64,000 nt of DNA. Source: Leptolyngbyaceae cyanobacterium (GTDB lineage: Bacteria > Cyanobacteriota > Cyanobacteriia > Phormidesmidales > Phormidesmidaceae). Position 1 is the stretch's first letter, and each line of letters begins with the position of its first letter. The position numbers were made by a program, and so were the translations under genes. A model generated the notes under the pieces. That model searched no databases. It had not been told where the DNA came from and was given only the letters and a program-made list of their open reading frames with translations. The stretch spans positions 5,529 through 69,528 of the forward strand of contig JBHJHA010000053.1 of the NCBI GenBank assembly GCA_050331235.1. The letters run 5' to 3'. This document shows, piece by piece, positions 51,654-62,196 of this stretch.

Positions 51654-52870
51654 TGATTCGCTATCAACCAATGGGCTCAGCCTGCTTGGGAATTGCCATC
51701 GCCAGCTTGCTATTGACCACGGTAGCTGAGGCGCATGCCGATAGCGGTTTAGCTGGGACAGTCACCCCAGCAGAGCCGCCCGCAGATCTGCCCACGACGA
51801 TCTTGCGACCTGTGGGCTGGCCACCGGCCCTTGCCGCAGGAAACTGGAATGCTGAAGACGAGGCAACTGCCCGGCAGCAATTGTTGACTGCTACGGCCCA
51901 TAGTGTGGCCTATCTCAATACGTCAGAAGCCGCGGCTGCCTATGAGGATTATCCAGTTAAAGGCGTGACCCGCATTCGGGTCCTCCGCAGTGTTTTACGG
52001 TTTCGCTCACTGCTGTTGACCGCTGATTCATTAGCCGCGTTTAACCGCGCCGTTCAGCAGGAGTTTGAGCTATACCAAACCGTTGGTTACGATGGCGCAG
52101 GTACGGTTCATTTTACTGGCTACTTTGAGCCCTCGTATACTGCCAGCCGAGTTCGTACTGAGGAGTTTCGCTATCCGCTGTATCGTCGCCCGGCTGACCT
52201 TGACGATTGGGCGCTACCCCACCCTACCCGCGTAGAGCTAGAGGGCAAGGATGGCCTAGTCAGCGATCGCGGTCCCTTGCAGGGGCTGGAACTCGTGTGG
52301 ATGCGCGATCGCCTCGAAGCCTTTTTGGTGCAGGTGCAGGGCTCAGCCCGGCTCCAACTCACCGATGGCACTACGATGTCTGTGGGCTATGCCGGGCGGA
52401 CTGATTATGACTATGTCAGTATTGGGCGAGAGTTGATCAAAGATGGTCGTGTATCGGCTGAGGGCATGTCGCTGCAGCGGCTACTCGATTTCTTTGCGGC
52501 TAATCCGGCAGCACTCGACGACTATTTGCCGCGCAACGATCGCTTCGTCTTTTTTCGGGAAACAGCGGGCGGTCCGCCTACAGGCACATTTTCGTTCCCC
52601 GTCACGGCGGGCTACTCCATCGCGATGGACAAGTCCCTAATGCCACCAGGGGCGATCGCGCTGATCAACCTCGACTGGCCGATGCAAACCACTAGCGGTG
52701 ACTGGCAGACACAGCAGGCCAATCGCTACGTGCTCAATCAGGATACAGGCGGAGCCATTCTGGGGCCGGGCCGGGCCGACATCTTCATCGGCACTGGAGA
52801 TGCCGCCGGTGAACAAGCTGGGCGAGTTAACACCGACGGCAGCCTCTACTTTTTACTGCTCAAGGACTGA
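51653..52870 (+). CDS. mltA: Murein transglycosylase A (MltA family, 3D domain)
   Basis: Signal peptide; GYFEPSYTASR, LVQVQGSARLQL.DGT, YVSIGRELIKDG, DTGGAILGPGRADIFIGTG. Confidence 0.85.
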   Translation: MIRYQPMGSACLGIAIASLLLTTVAEAHADSGLAGTVTPAEPPADLPTTILRPVGWPPALAAGNWNAEDEATARQQLLTATAHSVAYLNTSEAAAAYEDYPVKGVTRIRVLRSVLRFRSLLLTADSLAAFNRAVQQEFELYQTVGYDGAGTVHFTGYFEPSYTASRVRTEEFRYPLYRRPADLDDWALPHPTRVELEGKDGLVSDRGPLQGLELVWMRDRLEAFLVQVQGSARLQLTDGTTMSVGYAGRTDYDYVSIGRELIKDGRVSAEGMSLQRLLDFFAANPAALDDYLPRNDRFVFFRETAGGPPTGTFSFPVTAGYSIAMDKSLMPPGAIALINLDWPMQTTSGDWQTQQANRYVLNQDTGGAILGPGRADIFIGTGDAAGEQAGRVNTDGSLYFLLLKD

Positions 52871-52875
52871 AGTGA

Positions 52876-53412
52876 CTAATCCATTGGGATATAGGTCGGT
52901 GTGACATTGACTGGCCGATAACCCGCCGCAATGCAGCTGGCTAGGGCTTCATCAGTGGTGTATCCGATTTCAGCCGCAATCCCCGTCACACAGGCGGCAT
53001 AGCGCTCTGGCAAAATTGTGCGATGGCAGTGGTCAAGCACCGCAGTGGAATCATCCACAACCAAGTCAGTATGAATATCTGCAACGCAGGTGGACACCTC
53101 ATCGGGGCGGCGATCGCGACTACAGGCCGACAGGGCCGCTTCGGTGGTCACTGAGGCCGCAGACAAAACGCCGGAGACGCAGTCAGCGACTTCTGTCGGT
53201 TGGTAGGCAGTGCCACAGGCGATCGCTGCCGCATCGTCATCAACCCCTACAGCCAATAGCTCATCGGCACACTCCGCATAGTTGTAGTCGATGACCTGAG
53301 CCTGGGCAGACACCGCCATTAACGGCAGCGTCCCTGCGGCTAGTAGCGCGCTAGCTGCAAACGGTATCACCGACCACTGGAAAAGTTCGACAGACCGAGA
53401 AGAATGAATCAT
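52876..53412 (-). CDS. Secreted protein with four periodic cysteine repeats
   Basis: Signal peptide (AASALLAAGTLPLMAVSAQA), then 8 Cys spaced C-x17-C-x11-C-x18-C-x11-C-x19-C-x11-C-x18-C. No named family recognised. Confidence 0.55.
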   Translation of the reverse strand: MIHSSRSVELFQWSVIPFAASALLAAGTLPLMAVSAQAQVIDYNYAECADELLAVGVDDDAAAIACGTAYQPTEVADCVSGVLSAASVTTEAALSACSRDRRPDEVSTCVADIHTDLVVDDSTAVLDHCHRTILPERYAACVTGIAAEIGYTTDEALASCIAAGYRPVNVTPTYIPMD

Positions 53413-53628
53413 GACGGATGATTAACGGATTTATCAGTTAGTTAACGGTCAAATAAGCCTTGCCAGCAAAAATTAAGGCTAATTTACGATTGTTTGAGGT
53501 CTTTACAATAGAAACCTCCCCCTTATTCCACCAAAATCTGACCTCTCTGGAATGAGTGCTGAGGATCTAATCTTCTACAGTAGAAGATAGCCTATACGTT
53601 GCCTAAGTAAATCTGAGGGTATCTCGCT

Positions 53629-55551
53629 ATGCATCTGAGTGACATAACTCACCCGAACCAGCTTCACGGTTTGTCGATTCATCAACTAGAACAAATTGCT
53701 CGCCAAATTCGAGAAAAGCATTTGGAAACCGTTGCCACCAGTGGCGGTCATTTAGGGCCCGGTTTGGGGGTTGTAGAACTGACATTGGCACTCTACCAGA
53801 CCCTCGATCTCGATCGCGACAAAGTTGTTTGGGATGTTGGGCACCAAGCCTATCCCCACAAGCTCATTACTGGTCGCTATAACGATTTCCATACCCTCCG
53901 CCAAAAGGATGGCGTGGCGGGATATCTTAAGCGCTCTGAAAGCAAGTTTGACCACTTTGGCGCGGGGCATGCCTCCACTAGCATTTCCGCTGCGCTGGGA
54001 ATGGCTCTGGCCCGAGATCTACAAGGGGATGATTTCAAAGTGGCGGCCATTATTGGTGATGGCGCTCTGACTGGCGGTATGGCGCTGGAAGCGATTAACC
54101 ACGCCGGTCATTTACCCCACACCCGGTTGCTGGTGGTGCTCAATGATAATGAAATGTCAATTTCCCCCAATGTGGGAGCCATTCCCCGATATCTCAACAA
54201 GATGCGGTTAAGTCCGCCGATGCAATTCCTCACTGACAACTTAGAGGAACAGTTCAAGCAGCTACCTTTCCTCGGTGAGTCGTTGACCCCCGAATTGAGC
54301 CGGGTCAAGGAAGGCATGAAACGACTGGCTGTGCCTAAAGTGGGTGCCGTTTTTGAAGAGCTTGGTTTTACCTACATGGGCCCAGTGGATGGTCATAACC
54401 TGGCGGAGCTAATCAACACCTTTGACGAAGCTCATAAGATCGAAGGCCCAGTCTTGGTGCATGTCGCTACGGTCAAAGGCAAGGGCTATGCGATCGCCGA
54501 AGAAGACCAAGTTGGCTATCATGCTCAAAATCCCTTCGACCTGGCTACTGGTAAGGCCAAGCCTTCTAATAAGCCCAAGCCACCAAAGTATGCCAAAGTC
54601 TTTGGCAATACCCTAACTAAAATTGCGGAAGACAACCCCAAGGTCATCGGCATCACCGCTGCCATGGCTACCGGCACCGGACTCGACATTCTCTGCAAAA
54701 AACTTCCTAAGCAATACATTGATGTTGGGATTGCTGAGCAACATGCCGTCACCCTCGCGGCTGGGTTAGCTGCGGAAGGCATGCGTCCAGTTGCCGCGAT
54801 TTACTCAACGTTTCTGCAGCGAGCCTTTGACCAGATTATTCATGACGTGTGTATCCAGAAGCTCCCTGTCTTTTTCTGTCTTGATCGGGCTGGTATCGTT
54901 GGGGCTGATGGACCAACCCATCAAGGGATGTACGATATCGCCTATCTGCGATCGATTCCTAACATGGTACTCATGGCTCCCAAGGACGAAGCTGAGCTCC
55001 AGCGAATGATCGTCACAGGCATCGACTATACAGCAGGCCCTATTGCGGTTCGGTATCCTCGGGGTAATGGGGTTGGGGCTCCGCTTATGGAAGAAGGCTG
55101 GGAGCCACTGCCCATTGGCAAAGCTGAAGTGCTACGCCATGGCGATGATGTGCTCATTCTGGGCTATGGGTCGATGGTCTACCCTGCAATGCAAACTGCT
55201 GAAATTCTCAGTGAGCATGGCATTCAAGCTACCGTGGTGAATGCGCGCTTTGCTAAGCCAATCGATGAAGAACTCATTTTGCCTTTGGCCAGCCAGATTG
55301 GCCGTGTGGTCACGCTGGAGGAAGGGTGCACGATTGGTGGTTTTGGTAGTGGTGTTGCGGAAGCTGTGTTGGACGCGCAAATTCCTGCTCAAGTGATGCG
55401 TCTTGGTGTTCCCGATGTTTTAGTAGATCACGCGACTCCTGACCAGGCAAAGGTGGGCATTGGGCTGACTCCGTCCCAAATGGCAGACAGCATTCTGCAA
55501 AAGTTTAATCTGCAGGAATTGACTGTCGCCAAGCTACAGCAAACCAGCTAG
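53629..55551 (+). CDS. dxs: 1-deoxy-D-xylulose-5-phosphate synthase
   Basis: 640 aa. [41 protein letters not shown] (ThDP motif), [15 protein letters not shown]. Confidence 0.95.
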   Translation: MHLSDITHPNQLHGLSIHQLEQIARQIREKHLETVATSGGHLGPGLGVVELTLALYQTLDLDRDKVVWDVGHQAYPHKLITGRYNDFHTLRQKDGVAGYLKRSESKFDHFGAGHASTSISAALGMALARDLQGDDFKVAAIIGDGALTGGMALEAINHAGHLPHTRLLVVLNDNEMSISPNVGAIPRYLNKMRLSPPMQFLTDNLEEQFKQLPFLGESLTPELSRVKEGMKRLAVPKVGAVFEELGFTYMGPVDGHNLAELINTFDEAHKIEGPVLVHVATVKGKGYAIAEEDQVGYHAQNPFDLATGKAKPSNKPKPPKYAKVFGNTLTKIAEDNPKVIGITAAMATGTGLDILCKKLPKQYIDVGIAEQHAVTLAAGLAAEGMRPVAAIYSTFLQRAFDQIIHDVCIQKLPVFFCLDRAGIVGADGPTHQGMYDIAYLRSIPNMVLMAPKDEAELQRMIVTGIDYTAGPIAVRYPRGNGVGAPLMEEGWEPLPIGKAEVLRHGDDVLILGYGSMVYPAMQTAEILSEHGIQATVVNARFAKPIDEELILPLASQIGRVVTLEEGCTIGGFGSGVAEAVLDAQIPAQVMRLGVPDVLVDHATPDQAKVGIGLTPSQMADSILQKFNLQELTVAKLQQTS

Positions 55552-56051
55552 TCAAAACCCAGATGGCCGCCAGATAAGCTGTTGCTAGATAGTCTGATGC
55601 CGGGCGGCACTTTTGCCAGCTTGAATATGAACAGGGATTTTGGATACATCAGTAACTCCCGCCCCGCTACGGAGGTGAGCTCGGCGGACAGGGTGGGAGC
55701 CACTGATTTTAACGGAAAATCCACCCCCAGCCTCCAAGGCGGGAAAATCCGCTACCCTAATGACTGTTTTACTTTGAGATTTGCTGAAGCCGAACTGCTG
55801 TGAATTCAGCCCTGGACTTTGCTTGGATTAGGACTCACTTGCAGGACGTCTCCTTCGTCAATTCACTCGGTCCTGCTTCCTCCCTTCGGCGGGGCCTGAT
55901 CGTTGGACAGGGTTACCGAGGTGCGTGAACTCTGATCTTCAACTCACGGCAGCGTCATCACACCCGCAGGGTTATGGTTCAGAGGTTTCCGAAGGATCTT
56001 TGGGCACTGGAGTGTCACTGTCATTTGACTTTGAGAGTTTGATATTCCGGC

Positions 56052-56085
56052 AAAAATAAAGAGGCTGCCCAAGATCAGCAATCTC
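56052..56085 (-). terminator. Candidate intrinsic terminator of glgP
   Basis: Minus-strand GAGAUUGC-UGAUCUUGG-GCAGCCUC (8-bp stem with one mismatch and one G.U) followed by UUUAUUUUU, ~95 nt after the glgP stop. Confidence 0.4.
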
Positions 56086-56180
56086 AGACAACCTGTGGTT
56101 TGGTTTAGTAGGAGGAACCGGGAACGAAAACTGTTGGTAAGTCAACGCGCCGTAGCTAACGTTGACTCCTTGGTCTGGGC

Positions 56181-58709
56181 TTAGACCTCTAAAGATGCCG
56201 TTGACTGATCATATTCAGGCACTTCCACTGGTAAGGGCTCAACCTTCCAGATATCGGAGCAATATTCCCGAATAGAGCGATCGCTAGAGAACTTACCTGT
56301 ACGAGCGGTATTCAAGATAGACATGCGAGTCCAGTTGTCCTGATCTCGGTAGGCCGCACTGACGCTGTCTTGACAGTCAATGTAGGACTGATAGTCAGCT
56401 AGTAGGATAAATGGATCATGGTGCAGAAGATTGTCCGTCAATGGTTGGAACAGCTCGGTATCGCCATGGGAAAAATGCCCTGAATTGACAAGGTCAATAA
56501 CGCGCTTCAGCGCTTCGTTGCTGTTGTAATAATCCCAGGGGTTGTACCCGTTAGCCTTGAGTTCGACTACTTCAGGAGTCTTGAGACCAAACAAGAAGAA
56601 GTTTTCGTGGCCGACTTCGTCACGGATCTCGATATTGGCACCGTCTAAAGTACCAATGGTGAGCGCCCCATTCATGGAGAACTTCATGTTGCCGGTACCG
56701 GAGGCCTCTTTACCGGCAGTGGAAATTTGCTCAGACAGCTCTGCAGCAGGATAAACGCGCTGACCAAAGGTGACGTTGTAGTCAGGCAAGAACACTACCT
56801 TGAGGCGATCGCGCACGTCGGGATCATTATTCACCACCTCACCAACAGAGGTCACAAACTTGATCATCAACTTGGCCATGGTATAGCCGGGGGCTGCCTT
56901 GCCGCCAAAGATAAAGGTCCGGGGAACGATATCGGTATCCGGATTTTCCTTGAGGCGGTTATACAGCGTGATGATATGGAGCACATTCAGATGCTGACGC
57001 TTGTACTCGTGAATCCGCTTGACCTGGACATCAAACATAGACTCAGGATTGGTCAAAATCCCCGTCCGATTGCGGATATGGTTAGCCAAGTCACGCTTGA
57101 TGGAAAGCTTGATTTCGCGCCACTCATGGCGGAAGCCCGGATCGTCGGCATAGCCCTCAAGCCCGCGTAAATCCTCTAAGTGCTTAATCCAGTTATCGCC
57201 GATTTTGCTGGAAATAAGGTTGCTGAGGCGGGGATTGCTCTGCACCATCCAACGACGCGGGGTGACCCCATTGGTTTTATTGTTGAACTTCTCTGGCGAG
57301 AGCTCATAAAAGTCTTTGAGGATAGTGGACTTCACTAACTCTGTGTGCAGTGCGGCTACGCCATTAATCGAGTAGCTACCTACACAGGCTAGGTTAGCCA
57401 TGCGGACTGAGCGGCCACCGCTCTCATCAATTAAGGAAAGCCGAGCCAAATGCCCCTCATCCCCCATAAACTTCAGTCGGACCTGATCAAGGAACCGGCT
57501 GTTGATTTCATAGATGATTTCTAAATGGCGCGGCAAAATGCGGCCAAACAAATCCACTGACCACTTTTCTAAGGCCTCTGGCAACAGCGTGTGGTTAGTA
57601 AAAGCAAAGGTCTGGCGAGTGACAGTCCATGCATTATCCCACTGCATATAGTGCTCGTCGACCAAGAGGCGCATCAGCTCAGCGACACCGATCGCTGGGT
57701 GAGTGTCATTGAGTTGAACGGCAAACTTCTCATGGAAGGAGTCCAACCGACGACCACTCGCTAGGTGAATACGGATCATATCTTGCAGGGCACAAGACAC
57801 AAAGAAGAACTGCTGCATTAGTCGCAGTTCCTTACCCTGCACCTGCTCATCGTTGGGGTAAAGTACCTTGCTGATGTTTTCAGAAACAATCTTCTGATCC
57901 ACCGCGCCGTAGTAGTCGCCGACGTTGAAGGTCTGAAAATCAAAGGACTCAGGAGCTTCTGACTTCCACAATCGGAGGGTGTTGACGGTGTTGACCTGAT
58001 AGCCCGAGATAGGCGTGTCGTAGGGGATGCCCTTGACGATTTGGTCAGGAACCCAGCGCACCTGGTAACGGCCCTGGTTATCGACGTAGTGTTCGGTATG
58101 GCCGCCAAACTTAATCGTGACGGCAAAGCTTGGCCGAGCAATTTCCCAAGGGTTGCCAAACTGCAGCCATTTATCCGTCATTTCGACCTGCCAGCCGTCT
58201 TTGATATCTTGGTCGAAGATGCCAAATTCGTAGCGGATGCCGTAGCCGATCGCCGGGATCTGCAAACTTGATAACGAATCCATGTAGCAGGCAGCAAGGC
58301 GACCGAGACCGCCATTGCCAAGGCCGGGCTCTTCTTCTTGGTTGACGAGCTTACCGTAGTCGAGACCTGACTCTTGGACGGCTTGACTAACGTGATCTTT
58401 GATCCCCAGGTTGATCAGGTTGTTTTCTAAATGGGGGCCGAGCAAAAACTCCGCAGAAAGGTAAGAGACAACGCGGGTCTCCGGCTGCAGGTAGTTGCGC
58501 TTGGAGTAGAGCCAACGGGGCATTAGGCGATCGCGTACAACAAAGGCCAAGGCAAGATAAAAGTCGTTGGGCGAAGCATATTCAGGCATCTTGCCTTGAA
58601 TGTAATAGAGATGATCGGCTAGGGCCCGGCGCAGCGTTTCGACACTCAGGCCAGTGCGATCGTCTTCAATCGTAATGGGACAATTTGCTAAGGGGTCAGC
58701 GGCAACCAT
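56181..58709 (-). CDS. glgP: Glycogen/alpha-glucan phosphorylase
   Basis: 842 aa. LGNGGLGRLAACYMDS, EASGTGNMKFSMNGALTIGTLDGANIE (PLP-Lys region). Confidence 0.95.
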   Translation of the reverse strand: MVAADPLANCPITIEDDRTGLSVETLRRALADHLYYIQGKMPEYASPNDFYLALAFVVRDRLMPRWLYSKRNYLQPETRVVSYLSAEFLLGPHLENNLINLGIKDHVSQAVQESGLDYGKLVNQEEEPGLGNGGLGRLAACYMDSLSSLQIPAIGYGIRYEFGIFDQDIKDGWQVEMTDKWLQFGNPWEIARPSFAVTIKFGGHTEHYVDNQGRYQVRWVPDQIVKGIPYDTPISGYQVNTVNTLRLWKSEAPESFDFQTFNVGDYYGAVDQKIVSENISKVLYPNDEQVQGKELRLMQQFFFVSCALQDMIRIHLASGRRLDSFHEKFAVQLNDTHPAIGVAELMRLLVDEHYMQWDNAWTVTRQTFAFTNHTLLPEALEKWSVDLFGRILPRHLEIIYEINSRFLDQVRLKFMGDEGHLARLSLIDESGGRSVRMANLACVGSYSINGVAALHTELVKSTILKDFYELSPEKFNNKTNGVTPRRWMVQSNPRLSNLISSKIGDNWIKHLEDLRGLEGYADDPGFRHEWREIKLSIKRDLANHIRNRTGILTNPESMFDVQVKRIHEYKRQHLNVLHIITLYNRLKENPDTDIVPRTFIFGGKAAPGYTMAKLMIKFVTSVGEVVNNDPDVRDRLKVVFLPDYNVTFGQRVYPAAELSEQISTAGKEASGTGNMKFSMNGALTIGTLDGANIEIRDEVGHENFFLFGLKTPEVVELKANGYNPWDYYNSNEALKRVIDLVNSGHFSHGDTELFQPLTDNLLHHDPFILLADYQSYIDCQDSVSAAYRDQDNWTRMSILNTARTGKFSSDRSIREYCSDIWKVEPLPVEVPEYDQSTASLEV

Positions 58710-58751
58710 GGTGGTCTCCTATGTTGAGGTATGCAGTTTGAAAAAAGCGGT

Positions 58752-59048
58752 TTACTTATTCGATTGACGAAATTCTTCTACAAGTAAAGGGGTATGCAGC
58801 ACGGTGCTGCAAATCGAGGCCGCATTATTCAGCATGTGGAAATATTCGATCTTTTGATGAACAGCCTGCAGCTCAGCTTTGAGTTGCGTGAGTTCGGCCT
58901 CGTCTTCCGTGTGGTCCAGTTTGCCCAGTAGATGTCCCTGGGCCATTTTGTAGTAGGACTGCATATCACGGGAAAAGGAATGCAGGGCAGAAGAAATTTC
59001 GATCGGAGAATAATCGGCAATCCCGAATACCGGCTTTTTGTTTTCCAT
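58752..59048 (-). CDS. Small helical hypothetical protein (98 aa) between pgi and glgP
   Basis: From ATG 59048: MENKKPVFGIADYSPIEISSALHSFSRDMQSYYKMAQGHLLGKLDHTEDEAELTQLKAELQAVHQKIEYFHML... Same strand as both neighbours, 42 nt upstream of glgP. No motif recognised. Confidence 0.5.
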   Translation of the reverse strand: MENKKPVFGIADYSPIEISSALHSFSRDMQSYYKMAQGHLLGKLDHTEDEAELTQLKAELQAVHQKIEYFHMLNNAASICSTVLHTPLLVEEFRQSNK

Positions 59049-59112
59049 GTAACTATCGGACACTCCACTCAATAATCGTTTACGGCTTCGATCAGCGCTG
59101 CTGGGAGACGGA

Positions 59113-60693
59113 TCATCCTTGCACTAAGAGCTGAGAAGGCTGGCGGCGATCGCCCTGCAAAGTAATGCCGCGATCGTTGGCTTCTAGATGACGCAAGATT
59201 TTGTAAACCGACTCAATCTTTTCGGGAGCACCTGCTTTCTCTGCTACGGTAGCAAGGTCGAGCGGCCCATTGATCGATTTCACAACACTTAAGACTTGGC
59301 GCTGCAAATCAAGAATCGACGCGGCAGCCTTTTTTCCGGCTTCGACCCCGGGTTGGTGATAGGCATTGATGTTCACTAGGGACGCATACAGTCCCACGGC
59401 TCGTTCATAAAGCGCAATTAAAGCCCCCACCGAACGGGGTGTCACTTCCCGAATTGTCAGGGTAATAGATTCCCGCTGGTTATCATATAAGGCGGCTCGA
59501 GTGCCCTGTAAAAAACCATTCAGAAAGTCGCCAGAGGTCGCTTCTGGCTCCACCTCAATGGAGTGACCGTCGCGATCTTTGAGCACCTCGATGAAAGTGA
59601 CAAAGAAGTTGGGCACCCCCTCTCTTAACTGCTGAACGTAGGCATGCTGATCCGTTGAGCCTTTATTGCCGTAGACGGCAATTCCCTGATGGACCATATT
59701 GCCATCTAAATCTTTTTCCTTGCCTAAGGATTCCATCACAAGCTGCTGCAGATAGCGCGAAAAGAGCAGCAGGCTGTCTTTGTAAGGCAGCATCACCATG
59801 TCCTTTTCGCCTTTGCCATTGCCCGCGTAGTACCAAGCCATTGCCAGCAAAGCGGCGGGATTTTCCTCAAGCTTGGGGGCACGGGTCGCAGCGTCCATTA
59901 CCTTCGCACCAGCCAGCATCGAGCGAATATCGATGCCGAGTAGCGAGGCTGATAGGAGGCCGACCGCAGACATTTCTGAAGTACGCCCACCGACCCAATC
60001 AAACATGGGAAACTCGGCAAGCCACCCTTCCATTCGCTCTAGCTCGTCCATTTTGCTGCCGATCATGGTGATCGCCACTGCATGGGAGGGAAAGTCGAGC
60101 CCTAGCTCCTCAAACCGGTGCTTGACCTCTAACATTCCGTTGCGGGTCTCTGGGGTGCCCCCTGACTTGCTGGTGATAATGACTAGAGTGCTTTTCAGCT
60201 CATCCCCGAGGCGATCGAGCACGAGGTCAAGCCCAGCGGGATCGGTATTGTCCATGAAGTAGATGTCCATTAGCGGACTGATCGGAGCCAAGGCCTCTGA
60301 CACAAACTCGGGTCCCAAGGCTGAGCCGCCAATGCCCACAGAGAGAATATTTTTGAACTTGTCGGCTTCCGCCGGTTTGATCGTGCCGTCATGGATTTGG
60401 GCGACGAAGGCCTCGATGTCGTTGAGCACTCCGGAAATCTCTTGGCCAAAATCATGGGGGGCTAGGTCCGGGTCGCGCAGCCAATAATGCCCTACCATGC
60501 GACCTTCGTCAGGATTGGCGATCGCTCCCCCTTCTAGCGCTGCCATCTCCTGAAAGGCCTTCTCAAACTTTGGTCGCAACGCTTCGACAAAGGTGTTGTC
60601 AAAGCCGATACGGCTGATATCGACATAGATGTCTAAGCCCTCATGGTAGTAGAGCCAATCTTGGTAGCGTTGCCAAAGTTCTAGGGCATTCAT
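59113..60693 (-). CDS. pgi: Glucose-6-phosphate isomerase
   Basis: From ATG 60693: [20 protein letters not shown]..., [22 protein letters not shown], and a C-terminal end typical of cyanobacterial Pgi. The track ORF starts 54 nt upstream. Confidence 0.95.
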   Translation of the reverse strand: MNALELWQRYQDWLYYHEGLDIYVDISRIGFDNTFVEALRPKFEKAFQEMAALEGGAIANPDEGRMVGHYWLRDPDLAPHDFGQEISGVLNDIEAFVAQIHDGTIKPAEADKFKNILSVGIGGSALGPEFVSEALAPISPLMDIYFMDNTDPAGLDLVLDRLGDELKSTLVIITSKSGGTPETRNGMLEVKHRFEELGLDFPSHAVAITMIGSKMDELERMEGWLAEFPMFDWVGGRTSEMSAVGLLSASLLGIDIRSMLAGAKVMDAATRAPKLEENPAALLAMAWYYAGNGKGEKDMVMLPYKDSLLLFSRYLQQLVMESLGKEKDLDGNMVHQGIAVYGNKGSTDQHAYVQQLREGVPNFFVTFIEVLKDRDGHSIEVEPEATSGDFLNGFLQGTRAALYDNQRESITLTIREVTPRSVGALIALYERAVGLYASLVNINAYHQPGVEAGKKAAASILDLQRQVLSVVKSINGPLDLATVAEKAGAPEKIESVYKILRHLEANDRGITLQGDRRQPSQLLVQG

Positions 60694-60768
60694 GGTGTAG
60701 ACCTCACTGCACATCTCGTTATGTTGCTTGGGGCCCGGTGGCCCCATTTACCGGCTAGCGATTTCACC

Positions 60769-62088
<1,320 letters not shown>

Positions 62089-62196
62089 TCAATAACAAAG
62101 GGTCAAAAGCGTTCACAGCGATCGCATTGGGGGAGGCTGAGCTACGGGCAGACATTGAGCGTTCAATCACCGGCCCGCAGCTTAAGCCCGTCCCCT

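Noticed and set aside
55699-55705. GCCACTG motif (cobalamin-riboswitch-like) in the dxs-glgP spacer. I also looked here for tmRNA, RNase P RNA, SRP RNA and 6S RNA signatures.
   Set aside because: None of the defining conserved blocks is present (GGGGCUG...tag ORF; GGAGGAAAGUCCGGGCUCC; GGUGCUGUUU...). The spacer stays unassigned rather than called.
55582-55803. Track ORF (+, 73 aa, TTG start) after dxs.
   Set aside because: No RBS, non-canonical start and no motif. I kept it only as part of the 'unexplained spacer' finding.
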